Assembly (NCBI GenBank): GCA_024698505.1
Contig: JAILRE010000003.1
Coordinates: 6,214-70,213, forward strand
Length of the DNA stretch: 64,000 nucleotides
Direction of reading: 5' to 3'
From: Clostridiales bacterium
Lineage (GTDB): Bacteria > Bacillota > Clostridia > Christensenellales > CAG-138
Below are positions 8,469-16,494 of the stretch, piece by piece. Within the stretch, counting starts at the first letter, position 1. Every line of letters starts with the position of its first letter. Both the position numbers and the translations under genes were made by a program. The notes under the pieces were generated by a model. It ran no database searches, was not told the DNA's origin, and was given only the letters and a program-made list of their open reading frames with translations.

Positions 8469-9509
8469 ATGAAAAAGATGATGGATGCGCTCGTAAAGAC
8501 CGAGGCGGCGAAGGGCCTTACTCTCATGCAGGTACCCGTTCCCGAGGTGCACCACGGCGAAGTGCTCATTAAGATCCATAAGACCGCGATCTGCGGAACG
8601 GACGTGCATATCTATAACTGGGATCCCTGGAGCCAGACCCACGTCAAGCCCCCCGTGACGATCGGCCACGAATATGTGGGCGAGATCGCCGAGATAGGCG
8701 AGGGCGTGGAGGGCCTTGAAATAGGTCAGCTCGTCTCCGGCGAGGGCCATATCACCTGCATGCAGTGCCGCAACTGCCGCAGCGGCAAGAGCCATCTCTG
8801 CGCCAAGACGCAGGGCGTCGGCGTACAGAGGAACGGCGCTTTCGCCGAGTACATCTGCATTCCCGCGCGCAACGTCATCCCCGTGACGTGGGATATCCCC
8901 GAGGATATCATCTCCTTCTTCGACGCTTACGGCAACGCCACGCATACCGCCCTCATGTTCGACGTTATCGGTGAGGACGTCCTCATCACCGGCGCGGGCC
9001 CCATCGGCATGATGGCCGCCGGCATCTGCCGTCAGAACGGCGCGAGGAACGTCGTCGTTACCGATATTAACGATTACCGTCTCGGCCTCGCCAAGAAGAT
9101 GGGCGCGACGAGGGTAGTCAACACCTCCGTTGAAAAGCTCGAGGACGTAATGAAGGAGATCGGCATGACCGAAGGCTTCGACGTAGGCCTTGAGATGAGC
9201 GGCAGCGGCATAGCCCTCAACCAGATGATCTCCGCCATGAGGAACGCCGGCAAGGTCGCCCTCCTCGGCATCGCCAAGCCCGGCACCGCCGTCGATTGGA
9301 ACGACGTCATATTCAAGGGCCTCACTCTGCAGGGCATCTACGGCAGGCAGATGTTCGAGACCTGGTACAAGATGGGCGCCATGGTCGAGGCGGGCCTCGA
9401 TCTCACCCCGATGATCACCCACCGCTTCAACTACCGCGATTTCGAAAAGGGCTTCGAGGCCATGAACAGCGGCATGAGCGGCAAGGTCGTTCTCGACTGG
9501 ACGAAATAA
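8469..9509 (+). CDS. tdh: L-threonine 3-dehydrogenase
   Basis: 346 aa. Zn-ADH signature GHEYVGEI. Structural Zn cysteines [24 protein letters not shown] nucleotide fold. Adjacent to kbl. Confidence 0.9.
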   Translation: MKKMMDALVKTEAAKGLTLMQVPVPEVHHGEVLIKIHKTAICGTDVHIYNWDPWSQTHVKPPVTIGHEYVGEIAEIGEGVEGLEIGQLVSGEGHITCMQCRNCRSGKSHLCAKTQGVGVQRNGAFAEYICIPARNVIPVTWDIPEDIISFFDAYGNATHTALMFDVIGEDVLITGAGPIGMMAAGICRQNGARNVVVTDINDYRLGLAKKMGATRVVNTSVEKLEDVMKEIGMTEGFDVGLEMSGSGIALNQMISAMRNAGKVALLGIAKPGTAVDWNDVIFKGLTLQGIYGRQMFETWYKMGAMVEAGLDLTPMITHRFNYRDFEKGFEAMNSGMSGKVVLDWTK

Positions 9510-9542
9510 GCAAATCATTATTCTGAAAAGGAGAGTATCCAT

Positions 9543-10724
9543 ATGAAACAGGCCTATGATATCTTCCGCAAAGAGCTCGACGCCATAAAGGAAGCGGGCA
9601 CCTGGAGGGAAGAGCGCATCATCACCACCGAGCAGAGGGCAAGGATCGACACCACGAAGGCGAAGGGCGTTCTCAATATGTGCGCCAACAACTATCTGGG
9701 TCTTGCCAACAACCCCGAGATCATCGCCGCCGCCAAGGCCAGCTATGATAAGTGGGGCTACGGCCTTTCCTCCGTCCGCTTCATCTGCGGCACGCAGGAG
9801 ATCCATAAGGAGCTGGAGCGCAAGCTTGCCGACTTCATCGGCATGGACGACTGCATTCTCTACACCTCCTGCTTCGACGCGAACGGCGGTCTCTTCGAGA
9901 CCATACTCGGACCGGATGACGCCATCATCTCCGACGAGCTGAACCACGCCTCCATAATCGACGGCGTAAGGCTCTGCAAGGCGAAGCGTTTCCGCTATAA
10001 GAACAATAACATGGAGGACCTCAGGGCTCAGCTCGAGGCCGCCAAGGACGCCAGGATCAAGCTGATCGCCACCGACGGCGTATTCTCCATGGACGGCATA
10101 ATCGCCAATCTGCCCGGCATCTGCGATCTGGCCGATGAGTACGGCGCTCTCGTCATGGTGGACGACAGCCACGCGGTCGGCTTCATGGGCGAGCACGGCA
10201 GGGGCACTCACGAGGCCTGCGGCGTAATGGGCAGGGTAGACATCATCACCGGCACCCTCGGCAAGGCCATGGGCGGCGCGTCCGGCGGCTACACCTGCGC
10301 CCGTCAGGAGATAATCGACATGCTCCGTCAGAAGAGCCGTCCCTATCTCTTCTCCAACACCCTTGCTCCGGCCATCTGCGCCGCTTCCATCAAGGTCATC
10401 GACATGCTGACCGAGAGCACCGCTCTCAGGGACAAGGTGCATGAGAACACCAGGTACTTCCGCGAGCAGCTCGGCAAGATCGGCTTCGACGTTATCGAGA
10501 GCACCCATCCCATTGTTCCCGTCATGCTCTACGATCCCAAGATCGCTCAGGAGTTCGCAAGGCGCATGCTCGATAAGGGCGTTTACGTGGTAGGCTTCTG
10601 CTATCCCGTCGTTCCCAAGGGCAAGGACAGGATCAGGACTCAGGTCTCCGCGGGCCACACCAAGGAGGATCTGGATTTCGCCGTCAAGTGCTTCAAGGAA
10701 GTCAAGGAAGAAATGGGCATCTGA
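9543..10724 (+). CDS. kbl: Glycine C-acetyltransferase (2-amino-3-ketobutyrate CoA ligase)
   Basis: 393 aa. Alpha-oxoamine synthase family with candidate PLP-Lys region [10 protein letters not shown]. Strong SD AAAGGAG. Follows tdh. Confidence 0.9.
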   Translation: MKQAYDIFRKELDAIKEAGTWREERIITTEQRARIDTTKAKGVLNMCANNYLGLANNPEIIAAAKASYDKWGYGLSSVRFICGTQEIHKELERKLADFIGMDDCILYTSCFDANGGLFETILGPDDAIISDELNHASIIDGVRLCKAKRFRYKNNNMEDLRAQLEAAKDARIKLIATDGVFSMDGIIANLPGICDLADEYGALVMVDDSHAVGFMGEHGRGTHEACGVMGRVDIITGTLGKAMGGASGGYTCARQEIIDMLRQKSRPYLFSNTLAPAICAASIKVIDMLTESTALRDKVHENTRYFREQLGKIGFDVIESTHPIVPVMLYDPKIAQEFARRMLDKGVYVVGFCYPVVPKGKDRIRTQVSAGHTKEDLDFAVKCFKEVKEEMGI

Positions 10725-10746
10725 CAAAGAACGAAGGAATAACGAA

Positions 10747-10779
10747 AAGCTCTCCCGAAAACTCCGGGGGAGCTTTTTT
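10747..10779 (+). terminator. Rho-independent terminator after kbl
   Basis: 8-bp stem (10749-10756 / 10766-10773, one G-U pair), 9-nt loop, then TTTTTT. Confidence 0.75.
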
Positions 10780-10837
10780 CAGAGCGTGTCGATCCGCGCC
10801 GCGCAATAAAGGCGTTTTTCGGGAAGCATATCGGGGA

Positions 10838-10866
10838 TTGACATTTTCGGTTCCGTGTGGTATAAA
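10838..10866 (+). promoter_or_regulatory. Sigma-A-type promoter for trpS
   Basis: TTGACA(10838-10843)-17 nt-TATAAA(10861-10866). Leader is about 70 nt. Confidence 0.65.
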
Positions 10867-10938
10867 TATAAACTAAGATTTTTCCCCGCGGCAGGCGTCC
10901 GTTCCTCCGCGGAGGCCTTAAAAAAGGAGGGTTCTGAA

Positions 10939-11928
10939 ATGGAAAAGAAGATCATTTTAAGCGGCATAAAACCGACGGGCATTCCCACGCTCGGCAATTA
11001 CATAGGGGCTCTCCGCAACTGGCGCCTCATGCAGGAGGACGACAAGTACTGCTACTACATGGTAGCCGATCTTCACGCCCTCACCGTGAGGAACGATCCC
11101 GATGAGCTCAGGCAGCAGACGCGCTCCATGGCGGCCCTGCTCATGGCCTGCGGCATAGATCCCGAAAGGAGCCCGCTCTTCGTGCAAAGCCACGTGCATC
11201 AGCACGCCGAGCTCTCGTGGCTCTTGGGCTGCACCACCTATATGGGCGAGCTTTCCAGGATGACTCAGTTCAAGGATAAATCCGCCAAGCACGCCGACAA
11301 TATCAACGCCGGCCTCTTCACTTACCCCGTGCTTATGGCGGCGGATATCCTTATCTACGGCGCGGATCTCGTCCCCGTGGGCGACGATCAGAAGCAGCAT
11401 GTAGAGCTTGCGCGCAACATCGCGATAAGGTTCAACAACGCCTTCGGAGAGACCTTCACGGTCCCCGAGCCCGTAATGCCCAAATTCGGCGCGAGGATAA
11501 TGGGCCTGCAGGATCCCGAGCATAAGATGAGCAAGACGGATACCAATCCCAACGGCTATATCTCCATGCTTGACGAGCCCGCCGTCATAACCAAGAAGTT
11601 CAAGAAGGCCGTTACCGACTGCGAGCCCGTGATAGCATACGCCGAGGGCCGCTTCGGCTGCAACAATCTTCTGACCATCTACTGCGCCTGCACGGGCAAG
11701 ACGATGGACGAAGCCGTTAAGGACTTCGAGGGCTGCGGCTACGGCAAGCTGAAATCCTGCGTCGCGGAAGCCGTAATTGCGGAGCTGGAGCCCGTCCAGA
11801 AGGAGTACCGCCGCATACTGGACGACAGGGATTACCTTGACGGCGTGCTGAAGAAGGGCGCGGAACAGGCCGCCGAGAAGGCGCAGAAGACGCTGGATCT
11901 CGCGTTCAGCAGGGTCGGCCTCAGGTAA
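10939..11928 (+). CDS. trpS: Tryptophan--tRNA ligase
   Basis: ATG 10939 preceded by AAGGAGG. Class I motifs PTGIPTLGNYIGA (HIGH region) and KMSKT. The ORF is open from GTG 10855, but that start lies inside the promoter. Confidence 0.9.
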   Translation: MEKKIILSGIKPTGIPTLGNYIGALRNWRLMQEDDKYCYYMVADLHALTVRNDPDELRQQTRSMAALLMACGIDPERSPLFVQSHVHQHAELSWLLGCTTYMGELSRMTQFKDKSAKHADNINAGLFTYPVLMAADILIYGADLVPVGDDQKQHVELARNIAIRFNNAFGETFTVPEPVMPKFGARIMGLQDPEHKMSKTDTNPNGYISMLDEPAVITKKFKKAVTDCEPVIAYAEGRFGCNNLLTIYCACTGKTMDEAVKDFEGCGYGKLKSCVAEAVIAELEPVQKEYRRILDDRDYLDGVLKKGAEQAAEKAQKTLDLAFSRVGLR

Positions 11929-11937
11929 AAGAAACAG

Positions 11938-11975
11938 TAAAAAACTGCCGTGACGTAAGCCATGGCAGTTTTTGT
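11938..11975. terminator. Bidirectional terminator between trpS (+) and the long minus-strand operon
   Basis: 8-bp stem CTGCCGTG/CATGGCAG (one G-U pair), 8-nt loop, with an A-run upstream and TTTTT downstream. Confidence 0.7.
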
Positions 11976-11979
11976 TTAC

Positions 11980-12069
11980 TTAAACCCAATAGATCTCGTC
12001 GGATTCGGGCGGTTTGATTTTCGAACCGTCTTGCCCGGGAACGTTCCGTCTAACCCGGCGGGGTCCATA
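11980..12069 (-). pseudogene. Possible relic 3' end of an AIR-synthase-related gene copy
   Basis: The minus-strand frame ends ...KPPESDEIYWV-stop. The intact gene at 13549 ends ...DPPEADEIYKV-stop. 22 of 24 nt match (11986-12009 vs 13555-13578, including a 14-nt exact run), at the same 9-nt offset from a TAA. Confidence 0.35.
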
Positions 12070-13533
12070 TCAGTTGTCGGCTCTGTTATAGCCGTTCTTC
12101 ATACCGACGCTGGACTCGTAGAGCACCTTCCCGAGAGTGAAGGTGGATTGCTCCTTCGCCATTTTTGCAAGCGCTTCGTTCGCCTCGACCAACACGTTCG
12201 GGTCTTTGCTCTCTTCATACTTCGCGTCGTACTCGCGGATGAGTCTGCGGCCCTTTTCCATGACGGCGAACTGGTAGCGCATTATGTGCTGTATGCAGGT
12301 GTTATAGCTGTGATCGGCAAGCGCTCCTATAAGGCAGCTCGCCCAATAGAAGTTCTCCGTCGAAACGTCGAGCGTCACGCCGGAAAGATACCGGGGCATC
12401 CTTGGAACGTTGGGATAGACAGGCAGGAGCGCGTCGAAAGTCGTTGAGCCGAAGCATATCCACTCCACGCCGCGGATAAGCTCCGGAACGCCGTTCCTTA
12501 TCTGGCAGACGGAGGTGACTCCCGTACGGTTTATGCCGATGGAGCGGTACTTGCCGCGCACGCCGGTATCCTGGTTGAGATAGGGGTTGTACGGCGTGCC
12601 CTGATAATTCGAGGAGAGCATGTATTTCACGTCCTCAACTGCGATCTTCCTGTCGGGCACGAAGCACCACGGGATATTGTCGCTTTCGGGTCCGAACTCC
12701 GCGTCGGGGCCGTCCCATTTGTGGGAATACGGCGTGAGGAACCTGCCCATGTACCATGCGCGGGGAGTGTTGTAGATATGATCCTGATCGGAGGCGGAGC
12801 CGAATACGTTCCGCGGATTGAAAACGCCGCCTCGGTTGAGGTCGAGATCGTTCTTTTCTATGAATTCGCGAAGATCGGCGGAGCAAAGATGCGCCTTCTT
12901 CTTTCCGAAGGCGTCGTCAAGATCGAAGCTGTCCATTCCGAACTGGTTGGGCATCACGACCACGACGTCGTCTGGCACGCGCTTTGCCATCCAATGATGA
13001 CCGCCGATAGTCTCCATCCACCAGATCTCGTCGCCGTCGTTGAAAGCTATACCGTTGGATTCATAAGTCCCGTATTTTTCAAGCAGCTCGGCAAGCCTCA
13101 GCACGCCCTCCCGCGCGGAACGAATGTAGGGCAGGACGAGCAGGGCGATATCCTCCTCGCCAATGCCGCCGGGAACGTCCTTTTCGCCGCGCTTTTTCGC
13201 CTTTTTGTAAACGACGAGAGGATCCGCCGCGAGCACGCGCGGATTGGATGTGATCGTTTCGGTAGCCGTCATGCCGACGTTGGCCGCGTTTATGCCAGTT
13301 GCGGGCCAGACGCCGTTCTTCGGATCGACGCTGGGGCATGAGGTATAACGCATGGGATCGTCCGGAAGCTCGATCTCGACGTGAGAGATAACGGATCTGT
13401 ACTTGCGCTTCTGATCCTTCGGCTCGACGACGATGAGCTTCTTGGTGTCGAAATGACCGTCGTCAGTGCGGGCGATCATGGTGGAGTTGTCGTTGGAGGC
13501 CTTCTTGCCTACCAGTACAGTTGTGCAGGGCAT
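12070..13533 (-). CDS. C69 family dipeptidase
   Basis: 487 aa. The N-terminus MPCTTVLVGKKASNDNSTMIARTDD has the Cys nucleophile typical of peptidase C69 (PepD-like). SD AAGGAGAAG. Confidence 0.85.
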   Translation of the reverse strand: MPCTTVLVGKKASNDNSTMIARTDDGHFDTKKLIVVEPKDQKRKYRSVISHVEIELPDDPMRYTSCPSVDPKNGVWPATGINAANVGMTATETITSNPRVLAADPLVVYKKAKKRGEKDVPGGIGEEDIALLVLPYIRSAREGVLRLAELLEKYGTYESNGIAFNDGDEIWWMETIGGHHWMAKRVPDDVVVVMPNQFGMDSFDLDDAFGKKKAHLCSADLREFIEKNDLDLNRGGVFNPRNVFGSASDQDHIYNTPRAWYMGRFLTPYSHKWDGPDAEFGPESDNIPWCFVPDRKIAVEDVKYMLSSNYQGTPYNPYLNQDTGVRGKYRSIGINRTGVTSVCQIRNGVPELIRGVEWICFGSTTFDALLPVYPNVPRMPRYLSGVTLDVSTENFYWASCLIGALADHSYNTCIQHIMRYQFAVMEKGRRLIREYDAKYEESKDPNVLVEANEALAKMAKEQSTFTLGKVLYESSVGMKNGYNRADN

Positions 13534-13548
13534 GATTCTTCTCCTTTC

Positions 13549-14523
13549 TTATACTTTATAGATCTCGTCGGCTTCAGGCGGATCGACAAGCTGACCTTCG
13601 AGGCTGACGACGATCCCGCCGCGCCCCTTTTCGAAGGCTTTTCCTATCACCGCCGCCTCCACGCCGAGCTCGGAAAGCTTGCGGCACAGCTCATAGCCTC
13701 TCTCATGGGCGATCAGCATACAGCCGGAAGAGATAAGCTTGTAAACGTCGATCCCGTAGTGGGCGCAGAGCTTTTTCGTGACTTCCCTGACGGGGATCCT
13801 TTCGGCGTCGAACTCGATACCTACGTCGGAAGCGGTGCTCATCTCCCAAAGTGCGCCGAGTATGCCGCCCTCGGTAACGTCGTGCATGGCGTGCGCGCCG
13901 TTCCTTGCCGCGAAAATGCCCTCCTTCACGACGCTTGTGCTGTCCGCAAAGGAGCGTACCTCGCGAAGCTCTTCACAGGTGAACTCGGTCTGCCCCTCGG
14001 GGAGCTTGTCCGCAAGTATCATTGCGCCCTCGAGCCCGACGTGCTTCGTTACGATTATGTCGTCCCCGGGCTGAACGCCCTTCGGGGTTATGAGCTCTTC
14101 GCCCACGGGCTGGGCAATTACCGTCGCGCAGGTGACTATGCGGTTAACTGCGGGGGTTATCTCGGTGTGCCCGCCGATAACGTCCACGTTCGCGTTCCCT
14201 GCCGCCTCGATTATCTCATCCATAACGGCGCCGACCTCCTCCTCGGTGACGGAGGGGGGCAGGAGGAGCGTTATCATAAGGCCTATGGGCTCTGCGCCGG
14301 AGGCCGCCGCGTCGTTGCAGGAGACGTTGACCGTCAGCCTGCCGACGCCCGTTTCAGCCGCGGTTATGGGGTCGCAGGACAATACCGCGAGACCGCGCTC
14401 CAAATAAACGGCGGTGCAGTCCACGCCGACGCTCGGCGCGCAGACGACCTCGTTCCTCGTGTGTTTGAGCTTGCTGAGTATCAGCCTGTCAAGCTGTTCG
14501 TTTGAAAGTTTTCCGGTTCTCAT
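13549..14523 (-). CDS. AIR synthase-related protein (PurM/ThiL/HypE superfamily)
   Basis: 324 aa. N-terminal VGVDCTAV...DPIT and central GGHTE motifs typical of the PurM-like fold. Confidence 0.75.
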   Translation of the reverse strand: MRTGKLSNEQLDRLILSKLKHTRNEVVCAPSVGVDCTAVYLERGLAVLSCDPITAAETGVGRLTVNVSCNDAAASGAEPIGLMITLLLPPSVTEEEVGAVMDEIIEAAGNANVDVIGGHTEITPAVNRIVTCATVIAQPVGEELITPKGVQPGDDIIVTKHVGLEGAMILADKLPEGQTEFTCEELREVRSFADSTSVVKEGIFAARNGAHAMHDVTEGGILGALWEMSTASDVGIEFDAERIPVREVTKKLCAHYGIDVYKLISSGCMLIAHERGYELCRKLSELGVEAAVIGKAFEKGRGGIVVSLEGQLVDPPEADEIYKV

Positions 14524-14538
14524 GTTCTGGTTCCCGTA

Positions 14539-16494
14539 TTATCTGCCTATCATGCCGAAGAATTCATCCTCGGAGAGCACGGTCACGCCGAGCTGGCGCG
14601 CCTTGTCGAGCTTGCTGCCCGCGTTCTCGCCGCAGACGAGGTAATCCGTCTTTTTGCTTACGCTCCCCGAAGCGTGCCCGCCGAGCTCCTCGATAAGCGC
14701 CTCGACGGAGTGGCGGTCCATCCTCGAGAGCGTTCCCGTTACTACCAGCGTCTTCCCGCCGAGTACGGAGGGGGAGGCGCTCTTTTTCTCCTCACGCGGG
14801 CGCACGCCGAGGGCAAGCAGCTTATCCACCTGCGCGGAAAGCGATTCGTCCCTGAGGAAATCCATTATGCTGTCGGCGACTATCTCACCGACGTCCCTTA
14901 TAGCGACGAGGTCTTCGCGCTTGCAGGCGCGGAAGGCTTCGAGCGTGCCGAAAACGGATGCTATGTCCCTCGCGGTCTTTATGCCTACGTTGGGGATGCC
15001 GAGCGCGAATATGAACGAGGCGAGCGAGCAGTCCTTGCTCTTTTCGATGGCGCCGAGCAGGTTCGCTATGCGCTTCTCGCCGAACCCCGCGAGATCCTTG
15101 AAGCTGTGCGGCGTGAGCTCGTAAAGCTCGGGAATGTTTCGAAGCCCCGTCTCGTTTATCAGAAGCTCCGCCGTCTTCTCGGAGAAGCCCTCTATATCCA
15201 TCGCGTCGCGGGAGGCGAAATGCGCCAGCCTCGCCACTATCTGCGGAGTGCAGGAGAGCGAATTAGTGCAGAATACGTGCGCGCCGCGCTGTTCGATATG
15301 CGCGCCGCAGTACGGGCAGTGGGTGGGAGGCGCCACGGGGTTTTGGGGCTCGCCCTCGTCCGCGCTCGAGAGTATCTCGGGTATCACGTCGTTCGATCGC
15401 CTTATGAACACTCTGGAGCCAATGCCCACGCGCTTTCTTTTTATGTCGTCGTAATTGTTCAGCGTAGCGCGGCGGATGGTCGCGCCCATTAGCTCAACGG
15501 GCTCTACGTGCGCGAGCGGAGTCAGCTTGCCCGTTCTTCCGACCTCCCACGTGATGTCGGTCACGACGGTCGTCTGCTCCTGAGCGGGGAATTTATAAGC
15601 GATGGCGCCCCGCGGGAACCTGTCGGTATAGCCGAGGGATTCGGCCTTTTCCATGTCGTTGAGCTTTATTACCATGCCGTCGATATCGAAATCGAGATCG
15701 AAGCGGCGTTCCTCCGCGGCGGTTATGCCGCCGAGCACGCTCCCGATATCGCCGACGCAGCAAAGATCCTCCACCGAGAAGCCGTTATCACGCAGAAAAT
15801 CCAACATCTCGGTCTGGTATCTGAAGGACTTTCCTTCTATATAGCCCACGTCGTAAGCGGTGAAATCGAGCTTCCTTGCCGCCGTTACCTTGGGATCGAG
15901 GTTCCTCAATGCGCCCGCAGCGGCGTTTCGGGGGTTTTTCAGCTGTTCATCGGAATTGCGGTTCAGCTCCTCGAGCACGGAGACGCGCATATAGCATTCG
16001 CCCCTGACCTCGAATTTGCCGGTATAGGGAACGGTCAGCGGTATCGTGCGGATGGTCTTCGCCTGGGCGGTGATTCCCTCGCCGATAATGCCGTTGCCGC
16101 GTGTAGCCGCGTAGACGAGCACGCCGCCGTCGTAGGTGAGGTTGACGGTCAGCCCGTCGAATTTGTATTCCAGTATGAATTTGCGGCTCTCGTCCGCGGA
16201 GGGGCCGCATTTTGCCGCCCATTCCTTAAGGTCGTCGAAGGTCTTGACCTTGTCGAGGCTCCAGAGCCTTCTTATATGCTCGTGCTCCTCAAAGGAGGAA
16301 AGCGGCGCTCCGCCTACCCTGTGAGTGGGGGAATCGGGGAGCGTGACGCCCGTTTCGGCCTCGAGCCTGACCAGCTCGTCGAAGAGCGCGTCGTATTCGG
16401 CGTCGCTCGCGGGGGAGGCGTCGCGCTCGTAATAGGCGGCCGCCCAAGCTTTCAGCGTCGATATGAGTTCCTTCATTCGCTGTTCGTTATTCAT
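14539..16494 (-). CDS. ligA: NAD-dependent DNA ligase
   Basis: Adenylation motif KFDG (EYKFDGLTVNL). Zn finger CPYCGAHIEQRGAHVFCTNSLSC. HhH repeats and a C-terminal BRCT (TLVVTGTL). ATG 16494 lies 6 nt after GGAGG and overlaps the pcrA stop by 8 nt. Confidence 0.95.
   Translation of the reverse strand: MNNEQRMKELISTLKAWAAAYYERDASPASDAEYDALFDELVRLEAETGVTLPDSPTHRVGGAPLSSFEEHEHIRRLWSLDKVKTFDDLKEWAAKCGPSADESRKFILEYKFDGLTVNLTYDGGVLVYAATRGNGIIGEGITAQAKTIRTIPLTVPYTGKFEVRGECYMRVSVLEELNRNSDEQLKNPRNAAAGALRNLDPKVTAARKLDFTAYDVGYIEGKSFRYQTEMLDFLRDNGFSVEDLCCVGDIGSVLGGITAAEERRFDLDFDIDGMVIKLNDMEKAESLGYTDRFPRGAIAYKFPAQEQTTVVTDITWEVGRTGKLTPLAHVEPVELMGATIRRATLNNYDDIKRKRVGIGSRVFIRRSNDVIPEILSSADEGEPQNPVAPPTHCPYCGAHIEQRGAHVFCTNSLSCTPQIVARLAHFASRDAMDIEGFSEKTAELLINETGLRNIPELYELTPHSFKDLAGFGEKRIANLLGAIEKSKDCSLASFIFALGIPNVGIKTARDIASVFGTLEAFRACKREDLVAIRDVGEIVADSIMDFLRDESLSAQVDKLLALGVRPREEKKSASPSVLGGKTLVVTGTLSRMDRHSVEALIEELGGHASGSVSKKTDYLVCGENAGSKLDKARQLGVTVLSEDEFFGMIGR

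Noticed and set aside
10780-10938. T-box riboswitch leaders upstream of trpS (and of hisS at 47333-47414)
   Set aside because: The distance from promoter to start codon is only about 70-80 nt. That is far too short for a T-box leader, and I saw no specifier-loop or T-box consensus or terminator/antiterminator pair.
12009-12030. tRNA-like T-arm sequence (TTCGAACC) in the spacer after the dipeptidase gene
   Set aside because: It is only a 5-bp hairpin. No acceptor, D or anticodon arms can be drawn around it, and the region is better explained as the relic gene end.
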